Below, piece by piece: positions 25,785 through 37,660 of a DNA stretch of 64,000 bases. The stretch lies in the NCBI RefSeq assembly GCF_009914755.1, contig NC_060925.1, one strand, 5' to 3'. Each line of letters opens with the position of its first letter. Positions within the stretch are counted from its first letter, which is position 1. The stretch comes from the human T2T-CHM13v2.0 reference genome, Homo sapiens. The translations under genes and the position numbers were made by a program. The notes under the pieces were generated by a model. That model was not told the origin of the DNA and ran no database searches. It was given only the letters and a program-made list of their open reading frames with translations.

Positions 25785-28700
25785 TTTATTGATACATATT
25801 GTACATATGGGGAACAGGTGATATTTTGGTGCACGCATACAATGTGTAATGATCAGGTAATTAGGATATCTATCACCTCAAACATTTATCATTTCTTTAC
25901 ATTGGGAACATTACAAATCTAGCCATTTTGAAATACACAATGAATTATTAACTATAGTCACCCTACTTTGCTATCAAAAACTAGAAATTATTCTTTTTAT
26001 CTAACTGCATTTTTATACCCATTAACCAACCTCTCTTCACCTCCTCTCCCTCATCACTCTTCCTAGCCTCTGGTAACCAACATTTAACTCTCTGCCTCCA
26101 TGATATTTACTTTTTTAGCCCTTGCATATGAGTCAGAACTGTGATATTTATCTTTTTGTGCCTGGCTTATTTCACTTAACATAATGTCCTCCAGTTCCAT
26201 CCATATTGCTGCAAATGACAGTATTTATATAAAATTTGGCCATAAAAAAGAATATGTATGTATATACATATATATGTATGTATACATGTATATGTATATA
26301 CATACATATATATGTATGTATGTATATCTCATTTTCCTTATTCATTCATCCATTGATGGACACTCAGGTTGATTCCATATCTTTGTTATTGTAAACAGTG
26401 CTGCAATAAACTTGGAAGTGCTATATCTCTTCAGCATACTGCTTTCTGGGGTTTTGTATATCCTTTGTTCTTGCTTTCTTATTTATTGTTATTGCAGTTT
26501 GGTGGGTTTTTTGTAGTGATAAGCTTTGATTCTTTTCTTTCTCTTTGGTGTATCTATTCCACCAGTGAGTTTTATACTTTCATGTTTTTTCGTAATGATG
26601 ATGATGATCTTTTTGCTTCCAGGTGTAGGGCTCCCTTGAGCATTTCTTGTGAAGCCAGTCTAGTGCTTTCAAATTTTCTCAGTTTTTGGTTGTCTGGGAA
26701 AGACTTTATTTCTCCCTCATTTCTGAAGGGTAGTTTTGTTGGATATGCTATTCTTGACTGACAATTTTTTGCCATTCTTTGAATATGTCATCTCATTTTC
26801 TTCTGGCCTATAAGGTTTCTCCTGAGAAATCTGCTGTTCCTCTAATAGGGATTCCCTTATAAGTAGCTCTATGCTTTTCTCTTACTGTTTTTAAAATTCT
26901 CTCTTTGCCTTTGATTTTTGATAATTTGACTATAGTGTACTTTGGAGAGGACTTTTTGGGTTGAATCTGTTTGGGGACTTTTGAGCTTCCTGGATTTGAA
27001 TGTCCATATATCCCCTCAGACTTGGGAAGTTTCTAGCTATTACATCATTAAATAGGCTTTTTTACACCCTTTACAACATCTTCTCTTTCTGAAACTTCCA
27101 ACTTCCAGAATAAAAATATTTGTTCACTTAATGGTGTCCCATAAGTCTTGTAGGCTGTCTTCAGTCTTTTGTCTTTTTCATTCTTTTTTTTTCTCTAACT
27201 GTATAATTTATAATGGCCTATATTCAAGTTCAGAGGCTCTTTTTTTTGTTGTTGTTTTGTTTTTTGAGACAGTCTCACTCTGTCACCCAGGCTGGAGTGC
27301 AATGGCATGCAATCTCAGCTCACTGCAACCTCCACCTCCCAGGTTTAAGCTATTCTTCTGCCTCAGCCTCCCAAGAAGCTGGGATTACAGGAGCCCACCA
27401 TGCCCAGCTAATTTTTGTATTTTTAGTAGAGACGGGGTTTCGCCATGTTGGCCAGGCTGGTCTCCAACTCCTGACCTCAGGTAATTCACCTGCCTTGGCC
27501 TCCCAAAGTGCTGAGATTACAGGCGTGAGCCACCGTGCTCAGCCAGAGGTTCTTTGTTCTGCTTGATAAAGTCTGCTTTTTCAGCTCTCTATTGCATTTT
27601 TTATTTCATTAATTGAATTCTTTAGCTGCGGGATTTCTGTTTGGTTTTTTAAATGATATCTCTGTTGTACTTCTCATTCATATCATGAATTGTTTTCTTG
27701 ATTTTATTGAATTGTCCATCTGTATTTTCTAGTACATCATTGAGTTTCCTTAAGATAATTATTTTTTAATTCCTTTTCCATCAATTCATTGATTTACTTT
27801 TTATTGGGGTCTCTTACTAGAGAGTTATGTTCCTTTAGTGATATTAAACTTCCATGCTCTTTTATGTTTTATGTGTCCCTGCATTCATGTCTGTGCATTT
27901 AGTGGAACAATCACCTCTTCCAAACTTTCTAGAGTGGCTTTCATAGAAAAAGACTCATCTACAGTTGGGTCCTGGTGTGCTCGTTGGGAAAGATGTGGTG
28001 ACTCTGTTTCCAAGTAGGTGCCATTTTATAGTCTCTCTGCAGCTTCTCTGGCTGTGTTGAACATCAGTAATAACTGTAGGCACCTCAGTGGTTTAGGCTG
28101 TAGGACTTTGTGGTAGCTGTAGTGGCAGTGTTTATTGTTAATATCCTCAGTGGCAAGGGCTTCCGGGGTCTTCCTATTCTTATTTTCCCCACAATGGGGA
28201 CACTTAGCTGAGAGGATCCTTCTTGATGTCAGGTCTGACACAGCCTAGAAGCAATTGCAGTGGCACTGGTCACAGAGGCAGGTGCCCAGAGTGGCTGTGG
28301 GGCCAGAGTTCTGTGCTCAAGATCTCTCAAACCTATTGTGACACTTGGGTATTGGGGTGCAGATTTGCTCTCTGTGGCAGCGTTGGAGGTAGGTTGTTCA
28401 CAGAGCCAGGATCTGTGACTCTGAGGTACCCCCTAGCAGCTTGGGTCCAGGAGGTTGGGTTGTAGCTGTGATTCTGCCCTGGGAGGCAGGGCACAGCCCT
28501 GGCCTGACTCCAAGAAATAAAGGATACTCTGGAGGTTTTAGCCCAGGGCACAGGATATGGCTGCAATTTGGAAGCCTGAACCAGTAGGGCTTGGTGGCAA
28601 CTCGGGTCCCTAGACATGAGGCACTGTGTAGTGGTAACAGATGGGGAAAGGTATGACAGTGGCTCAAAACTCAGCTTAGGGATGTCAAGCCATGGGCAGG

Positions 28701-29260
28701 GATGATTCAAAAGCAGTTTAGACTCAGGGATGAAAGACTGCCATGGCTACTCGCACCCAGAGCAAGATACACTCCAGCAGTAATTCCATTTCCAAGATGG
28801 TGTGTAGGGCAGTAGCCATGTGGGCACAGAGGGTGGGGCTCCTTCTCTAGAGGGAAGAGAGCTATATGGACTCCAGGCAGCTCCTTCAACTGGGCTTAAG
28901 TGCTTGTGAGGGCTGCAGAGGACCCCAGTGGTAAGGACTGTAGGTATCCAAGGTGCTGACAGGAGCTGCTGCGATCCTCTTGCTTACTTTTTCCCTATGG
29001 AGAGAAGTTCCTCCAGGTTCCCAGCTTATCCTAGCTGGGGGATAGGGTGGTGGAAGTCAGGTGTTTCCTTCTGTTCTCTGTGTGACCATCCTGAGTTTCT
29101 GTGCTCCCCGGAGTTTCTGTTATTGTTTGGATGTACTTCAGTGCCCTCCTTCAGTTATTTTTATTAAAATGTAATTATTTCTTCATTGTTTTATCTGTCT
29201 TTGTTGAGGGGACAAGCGCTAAGGACTTCTAGACAGCCATCTTGCTGATGTCACCATCTG
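25785..29260 (-). mobile_element. L1 (L1MA-type) with 5'UTR, ORF1 and 3' end but nearly all of ORF2 deleted; inserted in the ERV 5' LTR
   Basis: Minus-strand start GGTGACATCAGCAAGATGGC (L1 5' end). ORF1 C-terminus (RIAYPTKLPFRNEGEIKSFPD) in ORF 26572-26775. L1MA 3'UTR ends at 25785. TSD cataatt at 25778-25784 and 29261-29267. Confidence 0.85.
27240..27544 (-). mobile_element. AluS (Sx/Sz-like) inside L1
   Basis: Full dimer; TSD agagg(c/t)tcttt. Confidence 0.9.
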
Positions 29261-29675
29261 CATAATTGTTTTGAGATAATTATCCTTGGCTGCAAGGATC
29301 AATAACAAGGATGGTGTCAGTCCAAGGTTGGATGGGCAATTGCTTGGCAGATGTCCTCCCAGAAGCATTTTTTGTGTCAAGTAGCAATGGCCTTTGTGTA
29401 AAATTGTGGGGTTTGCAGAATTTTTTTATTGTTTTATCAGGCATTTGTGCATGAGAACCCTTCCTTCATGACCTTCTCTGTCTCCATTTTTCAAGGTTGT
29501 TTTTAACACAACTGACTCCATTTTGATTCTGACAACTTTCACACCTACCGGGATTTAAAATTAAATTCTGCATCTTCTGACTTGAGATCTTCTGTAATAA
29601 TTAAACATTAATTTCCTGCCACTGAACTCCTAAAGCATTAGAGGCTCATACCTTAAGTCTTAGCACTTGATTATA

Positions 29676-29760
29676 CATGTTGAGTATCTCTTACTCAAAA
29701 TTATTGAGACTAGAAGTGTTTGGGATTTCAGATTTTTTCTGGTCTGGGGTGCTCAACTGG
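29676..29760 (+). mobile_element. Tigger4/MER46-type Tc1-mariner mini-element
   Basis: TIR-like ends catgttgagtatc ... ggtgctcaactgg, flanked by TA on both sides; internal 'gactagaagtgtttgggatttcagatttttt'. Confidence 0.7.
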
Positions 29761-29839
29761 TATTTAATTTTATAATTCATTGTGTACTGACTCGTATTAC
29801 TCCCTAACTGTCTCCTGTATGCTATATGCATCCATTACA

Positions 29840-30020
29840 AACAAGAGCATGGAGTCTTAACCCAGATAGACATGGATCAAATTGCAAGGTGCAAGATACT
29901 TAACCTCTTCAAGCCTGCATTTGTCTGTAAAACTGACATAACTTGCAGACTATTTTGATTAAAAGAGATAATCTATGTAAAAGCACCTAGCACAGTAGAC
30001 CATCCAGGAAGTATTTCTTC
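29840..30020 (+). mobile_element. MIR
   Basis: 'acttaacctcttcaagcctgcatttgtctgtaaaa...tgtaaaagcacctagcacagt'. Confidence 0.65.
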
Positions 30021-30170
30021 TTCTTTCTTTCCTTCTTGAGAGGGAGGGCCTATCAGTACTTCTTTTGTGTCCACTGCACTGTGACAGGGACACTGTAGAG
30101 ATCCAAATAGATTTAATGAATAAAATAATAATGCCGCATTCCATGGCCAGAACAGAGTTTACTGTGGGGA

Positions 30171-30173
<3 letters not shown>

Positions 30174-30220
<47 letters not shown>
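30174..30220. repeat. (TG)n microsatellite
   Basis: About 23 TG units. Confidence 0.95.
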
Positions 30221-30223
<3 letters not shown>

Positions 30224-30669
30224 CAACTGAATTTCCATAGTGATATTGAGCTTCTAAATCAAGAAAAATATTTTTTTCTAATTTATTTTTTAAATATTTT
30301 AAGTAAACTTTATTGTATATGTGTAAGGTATACAACATGATGTTAAGAGATACATCTATATAGTAAAATAATTATTATAGTGGAACAGATTGACACATAT
30401 GTCATCTCACATAGTTACCTTTTGTCCTCCCCACCCACCCAAGACATGAGCAGCTATAAGATACTTATTTAGAAAAAATCCTGACTGCAGTACACTATTA
30501 TTAACTATAGTCCTCATGTTGTACATTAAATCTTTTCACTTATTCATCCTACATATTTGCTACTTTGTATCCTTTGACCTATAGCTACCCATTTCCTGTC
30601 CTCTCCCTGCCACTGCCCAACCCTGATCCTAGTAACTGCTATTTTATTCTCTCTCTCTCTCACTCTCTC

Positions 30670-31205
30670 TCTATATATATGTCAGATAAGTGGTATATAT
30701 ATATATATATACCACTTATGTATATATATATATAGTATATATATACACAACATATGTGTATATATATAGTATATATACACAATATATGTGTATATATAGT
30801 ATAAATATATACTATATATAGTATATATAGTATAAATATATACTATATATAGTATATATAGTATAAATATATACTATATATAGTATATATATAGTATAAA
30901 TATATACTATATATAGTATATACATAGTATAAATATATACTATATATAGTATATACATAGTATAAATATATACTATATATAGTATATACATAGTATAAAT
31001 ATATACTATATATAGTATATACATAGTATAAATATATACTATATATAGTATATACATAGTATAAATATATACTATATATAGTATATATATAGTATAAATA
31101 TATACTATATATAGTATATACATAGTATAAATATATACTATATATAGTATATACATAGTATAAATATTTATATATTGTATAAATATATACAAATATATGT
31201 ATATA
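30670..31205. repeat. AT-rich minisatellite with 33-bp unit aaatatatactatatatagtatatacatagtat (about 10 copies) plus flanking (TA)n
   Basis: 33-bp period visible (e.g. 30931 and 30964), giving the 11-aa repeat in spurious ORF 30812-31279. Confidence 0.92.
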
Positions 31206-31344
31206 TTTGACTTTTCTGTAGAGATTGGGGGGAGGGTCTCACTTTCTTGACCCCAGGGGTCTTGAACTCCTGGGCTCAAGCAGTCCTCCCACCTTGGCCT
31301 CCCAAAGTGCTGGGATTATCAGGTATAAAACACCATCGCTGGCC
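31206..31344 (-). mobile_element. Alu left monomer (FLAM/AluJ-like)
   Basis: 'gtcttgaactcctgggctcaagcagtcctcccaccttggcctcccaaagtgctgggatt'. Confidence 0.85.
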
Positions 31345-32043
31345 AATATCTGATCTTTATTTAAAGATTCCACATATAAGTGAGAGATCATGCAATATTT
31401 TTCTGTGTCTGGCTTATTTCACTTAGCAGAATGTCCTCCAGATCCATCCATGTTGTGACAAATGGCAGGATCTCTTTCTCTTTTACAGATGAATGATATT
31501 CTATTGGTATATCTAGATTGTTTCCATATCTTGGCTATTGTGAAAAATGCTGCAATGAGCATGGCAGTACAGACATCTTTATGCGGTGGTGATTACATTT
31601 CCTTTGGGTATGAAAGGAAGAGATTGCTGCATCATATGGTAGTTCTACTTTAAATTTCTTTAGGAACCTCCATGTTGTTTTTCATAATGACTACAGTATT
31701 ATACATTCCCACAAACAGTATACAAAAGTATTCCCTTTTCTTCACACCCTCACCAACACTTGTTATGTTGTCTGATAGTAGCAATCCTAACAAGTGTGAA
31801 GTGGTATCTCATGGTGGTTATTATTTGCATTTTCCTCATTATTAGGGATGTTGAGTACCTTTTCATGTACCTGTTGGCCATTTTTAATATCATCTTTGGA
31901 GAAATGTCTATTCAAGTCCTTTGCCCATTTTGTAATCAGCTTATATATTTTCCTGCTACCAGAGTGTATGAGTTCTTTACAAATCTTGAATATTAACCAC
32001 TTATCTGACATATGGTTTGCAAATACTTTTTCCTAATCTGTAG

Positions 32044-32351
<308 letters not shown>

Positions 32352-34467
32352 AGCCTTTCCTATTTTTTATTGTTTCGTTCACTGTGCAGCTTTTTAGTTT
32401 GATGTAGTTCCATGTATTTATTTTTGCTTTTGTAGCCTGAGCTTTTGGTGTAATACACAATAAATCATTGCCAAGGCCAATGTCAAGATCTTTTCTCCTG
32501 TGTTTTCTTTTAGGAGTTTTATTATTTCAGTCTTACTTTTGGGTCTCTTATCCATTTTGAGTTGAGTTTTGTATCTGGTATAAAATAAGAGTCCAATTTC
32601 ACTCTTTTGCAAGTGGAAATCTAGCTTCCCTAGCACCATTTATTGCAGAGACTATCCTTTCCCCATTGTGTCTTTTTGGTGCCCTTGCTGAAAATTGGTT
32701 GACCATATATGTTTGCAATTATTTCTGGACTCTATTCTGTTCCACTGGTCTATACTTCTGTTTTTATGCCAGTATCCTACTGTTTTGATTACTATAGCTT
32801 TGTAATATAATTTCAAATCAGGAAGTGTGATGCCTCCAACTTTGTTTTTCCTCTCAGAATTGCTTTGGGTATTCAGGATCTTTTGTGGATAAATACAAAT
32901 TTTAGAATTGCTTTTTCTATTTCTGAGAAAAATATCTTTGGGATTTTTATAGGGATTGTATTGAATATATATATTGCTTTAGGTTGTATGGCCATTTTCA
33001 CAATATTAATTACTCTGATCCATGAGCACTTATTTGTATCCTTTTAATTTCCTTCATCAATATTTTATAGCTTTCAGTATACAGGTCTTTCACTTCCTTC
33101 GTTAAATTTATTCCTAAATATTTTACTTCTTTGATGCTATCATAAATGGGATTGTTTTCTTGTTTGTTGTTATTGTTGTTGTTGTTGTTATTGTTCAGGT
33201 CATTGGTCAATAAATATTACATTTAGATGAAGCATGTGTTAGCTTATATTTGTAAAGCCGATTTAAAATTAAAATGTGCCATTCCCAAGGCAGTATATTT
33301 CAGTAACACAGTGCTGATTATAATTTGAGGACTTAGCAAGTTGTAGCTGACACACTGAGTCCTGTTCCAATAGGTAAGTCGAGGGTTTGGGGCAAGTCCT
33401 ATGAGGATCAGCTGGAGCCGGGAAGCTGGAATGGCCGGGTTTGCCTCCCGGCTCTGCAGGAAACACTTGTGCTTGATGTTGAAAGTCATTGGTGGTCTAC
33501 TGCAAAAATAAGAACAGGGATATTGAAGAGGAACAGAGGTCAAAAGGATGTAAGTCCAGCTTTCCCCAAAGACTGAAATAAAAATACTTGCCACAGTTGG
33601 TTCAGGCAGCCAGCAATTCCTGGCTATCTCCATTGGCCCTGGGGCCTTAGGGCTAATTGATTCTGTAAGAAGAAAGACAAGTTCCACTTTTAAACCTCAT
33701 AAATTCATATGGATAAATTTTCACCATTCTTGACTAAAAAGTCAGAAATGCCCTTCATAGCTTCAGTATAAATATTAAACAGTGTCAGTATATCACTTAG
33801 GTTGCCAATTCTGAGCAAGGAATTCAATAGATTTCCACTCTGAAGACATAAAAGTGAATGCCTCATCACTATGCATAGCTGGCATGCTCTGTCACAGGAA
33901 TATAGGAGAAACCTTTGCAGAAGGAAATGAAAACTCATAGAATTATTTATTTCAAAGCAACAGGATATACTCTAGGGTTAGAAAACATATGAAGGACTGA
34001 TCAGTAGAGACTGTTTTCTTTTAAAAAAAACCCTGTTATTCTTGTCAGACAGGTATTATAATTAATTTCGTGGCTTCTCTAACATCTTATTAACCAGATG
34101 ACCTTGAATGCCAAGTAATTCTGAAGGCAAGATGAAATCATTTGTGATAACACAATAGTATCACTGCCTAATAAAGAAAAGGAATTAGAACTCAGGTGTA
34201 ACCCATAATCTGGTATGTCTTGGAGCCTTAAAAGACAGGAAACTGTTGTTAATGAGAAACCAAATAACCTCCTGGGATTATTGTGTATTTACAAAAGGGT
34301 TGGGTAGTATGCAAAAACCTGGAAACCCAGTCTAAAAGCAAACATAGGCTTATAGGCTTATGCAAACTTAAATGTGGGTGGTAGGAGAGAGATGTGATGA
34401 GGTTGCCCTTTGTTCCTCATAGGTAGTTGCCAAGGAGCAGAAGTTACCATTGTCTAACCATTGTCCA

Positions 34468-35387
34468 TCCAGGCTTAGGGCACCGACGAGCATGGAAGGG
34501 AGGCTGACAGGGGGCTTAGGGCTGCTCAGCTGAGGCCTACAGGTCCCCCTCGACATGAACAGCCTGGGCACTGTGGACAGCGGGTTGATGGCAGTAGGAA
34601 AAAGACATGCCCTTGGGTGGAAAGGGGCGGGTCCTGGTGAAGCCCCACCTTCACACCAGGGATGGCCTGAAGCATGGGGGCCAGGCTGCCAGTTCACAGA
34701 CTGGAGTAAGAACTTGTGGTGCTCTTTTCAGGCCCATCCATGGCTTCCCATGGGCCAATCAGCATGCCCTTCTTCCCCTCCAAAGCCCATAAAAATCTCA
34801 GACTCTGCCAAACTTGGGCAGACGATGGGACAACCTGCCTGCAGATAGGAAATACCCACTCTGGGTCTCCTCTCCGCTGAGGGCTGCAGAGACATTGGGA
34901 TGACCTGCCTGTGGACAGCAGCTACCCACTCCAGTCTCCTTTCCACTGAGGGATACAGAAACATCAGGACAACCTGCCTGTGGATAGGAACTACCCACTT
35001 CAGGTCTCCTGAGAGTGGTATTGTTGCTTAATAAAGCACCTCTTTGCCTTGCTCACCCTCCAGTTTTCTGCATACCTCATTCTTCCTGGTTGCAGGACAA
35101 GCACTTGGAACCCATGGCAGGACTGAAAGAGCTATAACACAAACAGGACTGAAACATGCCCTTCACTCACCACATTGCAGACAACAAGAAGGAGGGAAGA
35201 AAGAGAGAAGAGCTGTGGCCCTCTGGGGAACCCAGACTTAGGAACTCCCTGAGCCAGGGCTGTAACACCCTCTTTGAGGCTCTGTGGTTCCAGTGTCTCC
35301 GAGCTTCCAGGTGCCACCATGTTCCCTGGTGCTCACAGTGGAAGCCACTTGCAGTATGCCTGGTCCAGCCACAGCAGAGAGCTGGCA
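34468..35387 (+). mobile_element. MER52-type ERV1 LTR, truncated at both ends
   Basis: GC-rich, with the internal repeats 'acaacctgcctgcagataggaaatacccactctgggtctcctctccgctgag' and an aataaa signal typical of MER52. Confidence 0.8.
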
Positions 35388-36238
35388 ACAAGAATTGAGG
35401 TTTGGGAACCTCCGCCTATATTTCAGAGGATATATGGAAATGCCTGGATGCCCAGGGAGAAGTTTGCTGCAGGGGCGGGCTCTCATAGAGAACCTCTGCT
35501 AGGGAAGTACAAAAGGGAAATGTGGGGTCAGAGCCCCTACACAGAGTCCCTACTGGGGCACCACCTAATGGAGCTATGAGAAGAGGTCCACTGTCCTCCA
35601 GACCCCAGAATTGTAGATCCACAGACAGTTAGCACCATGCACCTGGAAAAGCCACAGACACTCAACACCAGCCCATGAAAGCAGCCAGAAGAGGGGGGTA
35701 TACCCTGCAAAGCCACAGGGGCAGAGCTGCCCAAGACCATGGGAATCCACTTCTTGCATCAGTGTGGCCTGGATGTGAGACACAGAGTCAAAGGAGATCA
35801 TTCTGGAGCTTTAATATTTGACTACCCTGCTGGATTTCAGAGTTGCATGGAGCCTGTAGCCCCTTCATTTTGGCCAATTTCTCCCATTTGGAATGGCTGT
35901 ATTCACCTAGTGCCTATACCTCCATTGTGTCTGGGAAGTAACTAACTTGCTTTTGATTTTACAGGCTCATAGGCAGAAGGGACTTGCCTTGTCTCAGATG
36001 AGACTTTGGACTGTGGACTTTTGAGTTAATGCTGAAATTAGTTAAGACTTTAGGGGACTGTTGAGAAGGCATGATTGGTTTTGAAATGTGAGGACATGAG
36101 ATTTGGGAGGGGCCAAGAGTGTAATGATAAGGTTTGGCTATGTCCCCACCCAAATCTTATCTTGAATTGTAACTCCCACAATTCCTGCCTTTTATGGGAG
36201 GAACCCAGTGGGAGGTAATTGAGTCATGGGAGGGGTTG
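35388..36238 (+). mobile_element. THE1 internal 3' part plus the first ~115 bp of the 3' LTR
   Basis: 'aagaattgaggtttgggaacctccgcc...gagatttgggaggggcc' then LTR start 'tgataaggtttggctatgtccccacccaaatc'. Confidence 0.88.
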
Positions 36239-36872
36239 ACATGCCCTGGAGACATTTTCCCCATTGTCTTGGGGATTAACATTCGGCTCCTCATTACTTA
36301 CGCAAATTTCTGCAGCCAGCTTGAGTTTCTCCTTAGAAAATGGGATTTTCTTTTCTATTGCAATGTCATGCTACAAATTTTCCACACTTTTATGCTGTTT
36401 CCCTTTTAAAACTAAATGTCTTTAACAACACCCAAGTCACATCTTGAATGCTTTGCTGCTTAGAAATTTCTTCCACCAGATACCCTAAGTCATCTCTCTC
36501 AAGTTCAAAGTTCCACAAATCTCTAGGGCAGGGGCAAAATGCTTCCAGTCTCTGCTAAAACAGCAAGAGTCACCTTTGCTGCAGTTCCCAACAAGTTCCT
36601 CATCTCCATCTGAGCCCACCTCAGCCTGCACCTTGTTGTTCGTATCACTATCAGCATTTTTGTTAAAGCCATTCAACAAGTCTCTAGGAAGTTCCAAACT
36701 TTCCCACATTTTCCTGTCTTCTTCTGAGCCCTCCAAACTATTCCAACCTCTGCCTGTTACCCAGTTCCAAAGTCGCTTCCATATTTTCAGGTATCTCTTC
36801 AGCAATGCCCCACTCTACTGGTACCAAATTACTGTATTAGTCTGTTTTCACACTGCTCATAAAGACAAACCC
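36239..36872 (-). mobile_element. THE1 internal 5' part plus the last ~40 bp of the 5' LTR, inverted relative to the neighbouring piece
   Basis: 'gacatgccctggagacattttccccattgtcttgg...ctactggtaccaaattac|tgtattagtctgttttcacactgct'. Confidence 0.88.
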
Positions 36873-37362
36873 CTTCTAACCAAATGAGAACACACTTAAA
36901 ATGTCCAGTTTTTCACTGAATATTCATACTCTTTAAGAAATATCAGAGTCAACAGTTTTTATTAAGTGCCTATCCTGTGCCAAGAGTTCTCATGATCTGG
37001 TTTAATCTTCACAACAGTAAAAAAAATTATCATTATCCCCAAGGTCACACAACTAATAACGTCCTCACTCTAAGTTCATCACTTTCCAATAAGGCATGCT
37101 GCTGCCCCAGAATCTATAATAACTATCCTCAACAACCTTCTGCTAACCCCCTCAAAAAACTAGCTTGATCTTAACATCATATTTGCAATCATGTAAGTTA
37201 ATTTCTTCACGGGTTTGTAAAATGAGCAAGTTATATAAACATATGCCTAAGATTGTAAGAAATGTCAAGTTTGTGTTTGCTTGTCTTTCAAGCATAATAC
37301 TCTTTGATTTCCTTATTTTGTTAAATTTAATAACTTTTTTATTATTTATAAAAGCAAAACTA

Positions 37363-37660
37363 AGCTGGTGCAGTGGTTCACACCTGTAATCCCAGCACTT
37401 TTGGAGGTCGAAGCAGGAGTATCATTTGAACCCAGGAGTTCAAGACCAGCCTGGGCAACATAGTGAGCCCTCATCTCTAAAAAACTTTTTTTAATTAGCC
37501 AGGCATGATGGTATGTGCCTGTAGCCCTAGCTATTCAGGAAGCTGAGCTGGGAGGATCACTTGAGCCTGGGAGGTTGAGGCTGCAGTGAGCCATGATTCT
37601 ACCACTGCACTACAGCCTAGGCAACAGAGAGACCCTGTCTCGAAAAAAAAATAAATACAT
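37363..37660 (+). mobile_element. AluJ
   Basis: 'gggaggatcacttgagcctgggaggttgaggctgcagtgagccatgatt'. Confidence 0.9.

Larger units (their letters stand above)
18186..29543 (-). mobile_element. ERV1 (MER4-group, MER65-like) provirus, antisense to AK5. 3' LTR 18186-18651; internal 18652-25618; 5' LTR 25619-25784 + 29261-29543
   Basis: Two homologous LTRs, both ending 'ttttgattctga(t/c)aactttcaca' on the + strand. PPT AAAAGGGGGGAAA at 18652-18664 (minus). PBS at 25597-25614. Confidence 0.85.

Noticed and set aside
30812-31279. 155-aa ORF with an 11-aa repeat (YTMYILYIVYI)
   Set aside because: Translation artefact of the 33-bp AT-rich minisatellite.
34368-36887. Dense cluster of overlapping ORFs
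   Set aside because: Explained by GC-rich MER52 and THE1-internal sequence; no host-gene splice structure seen.
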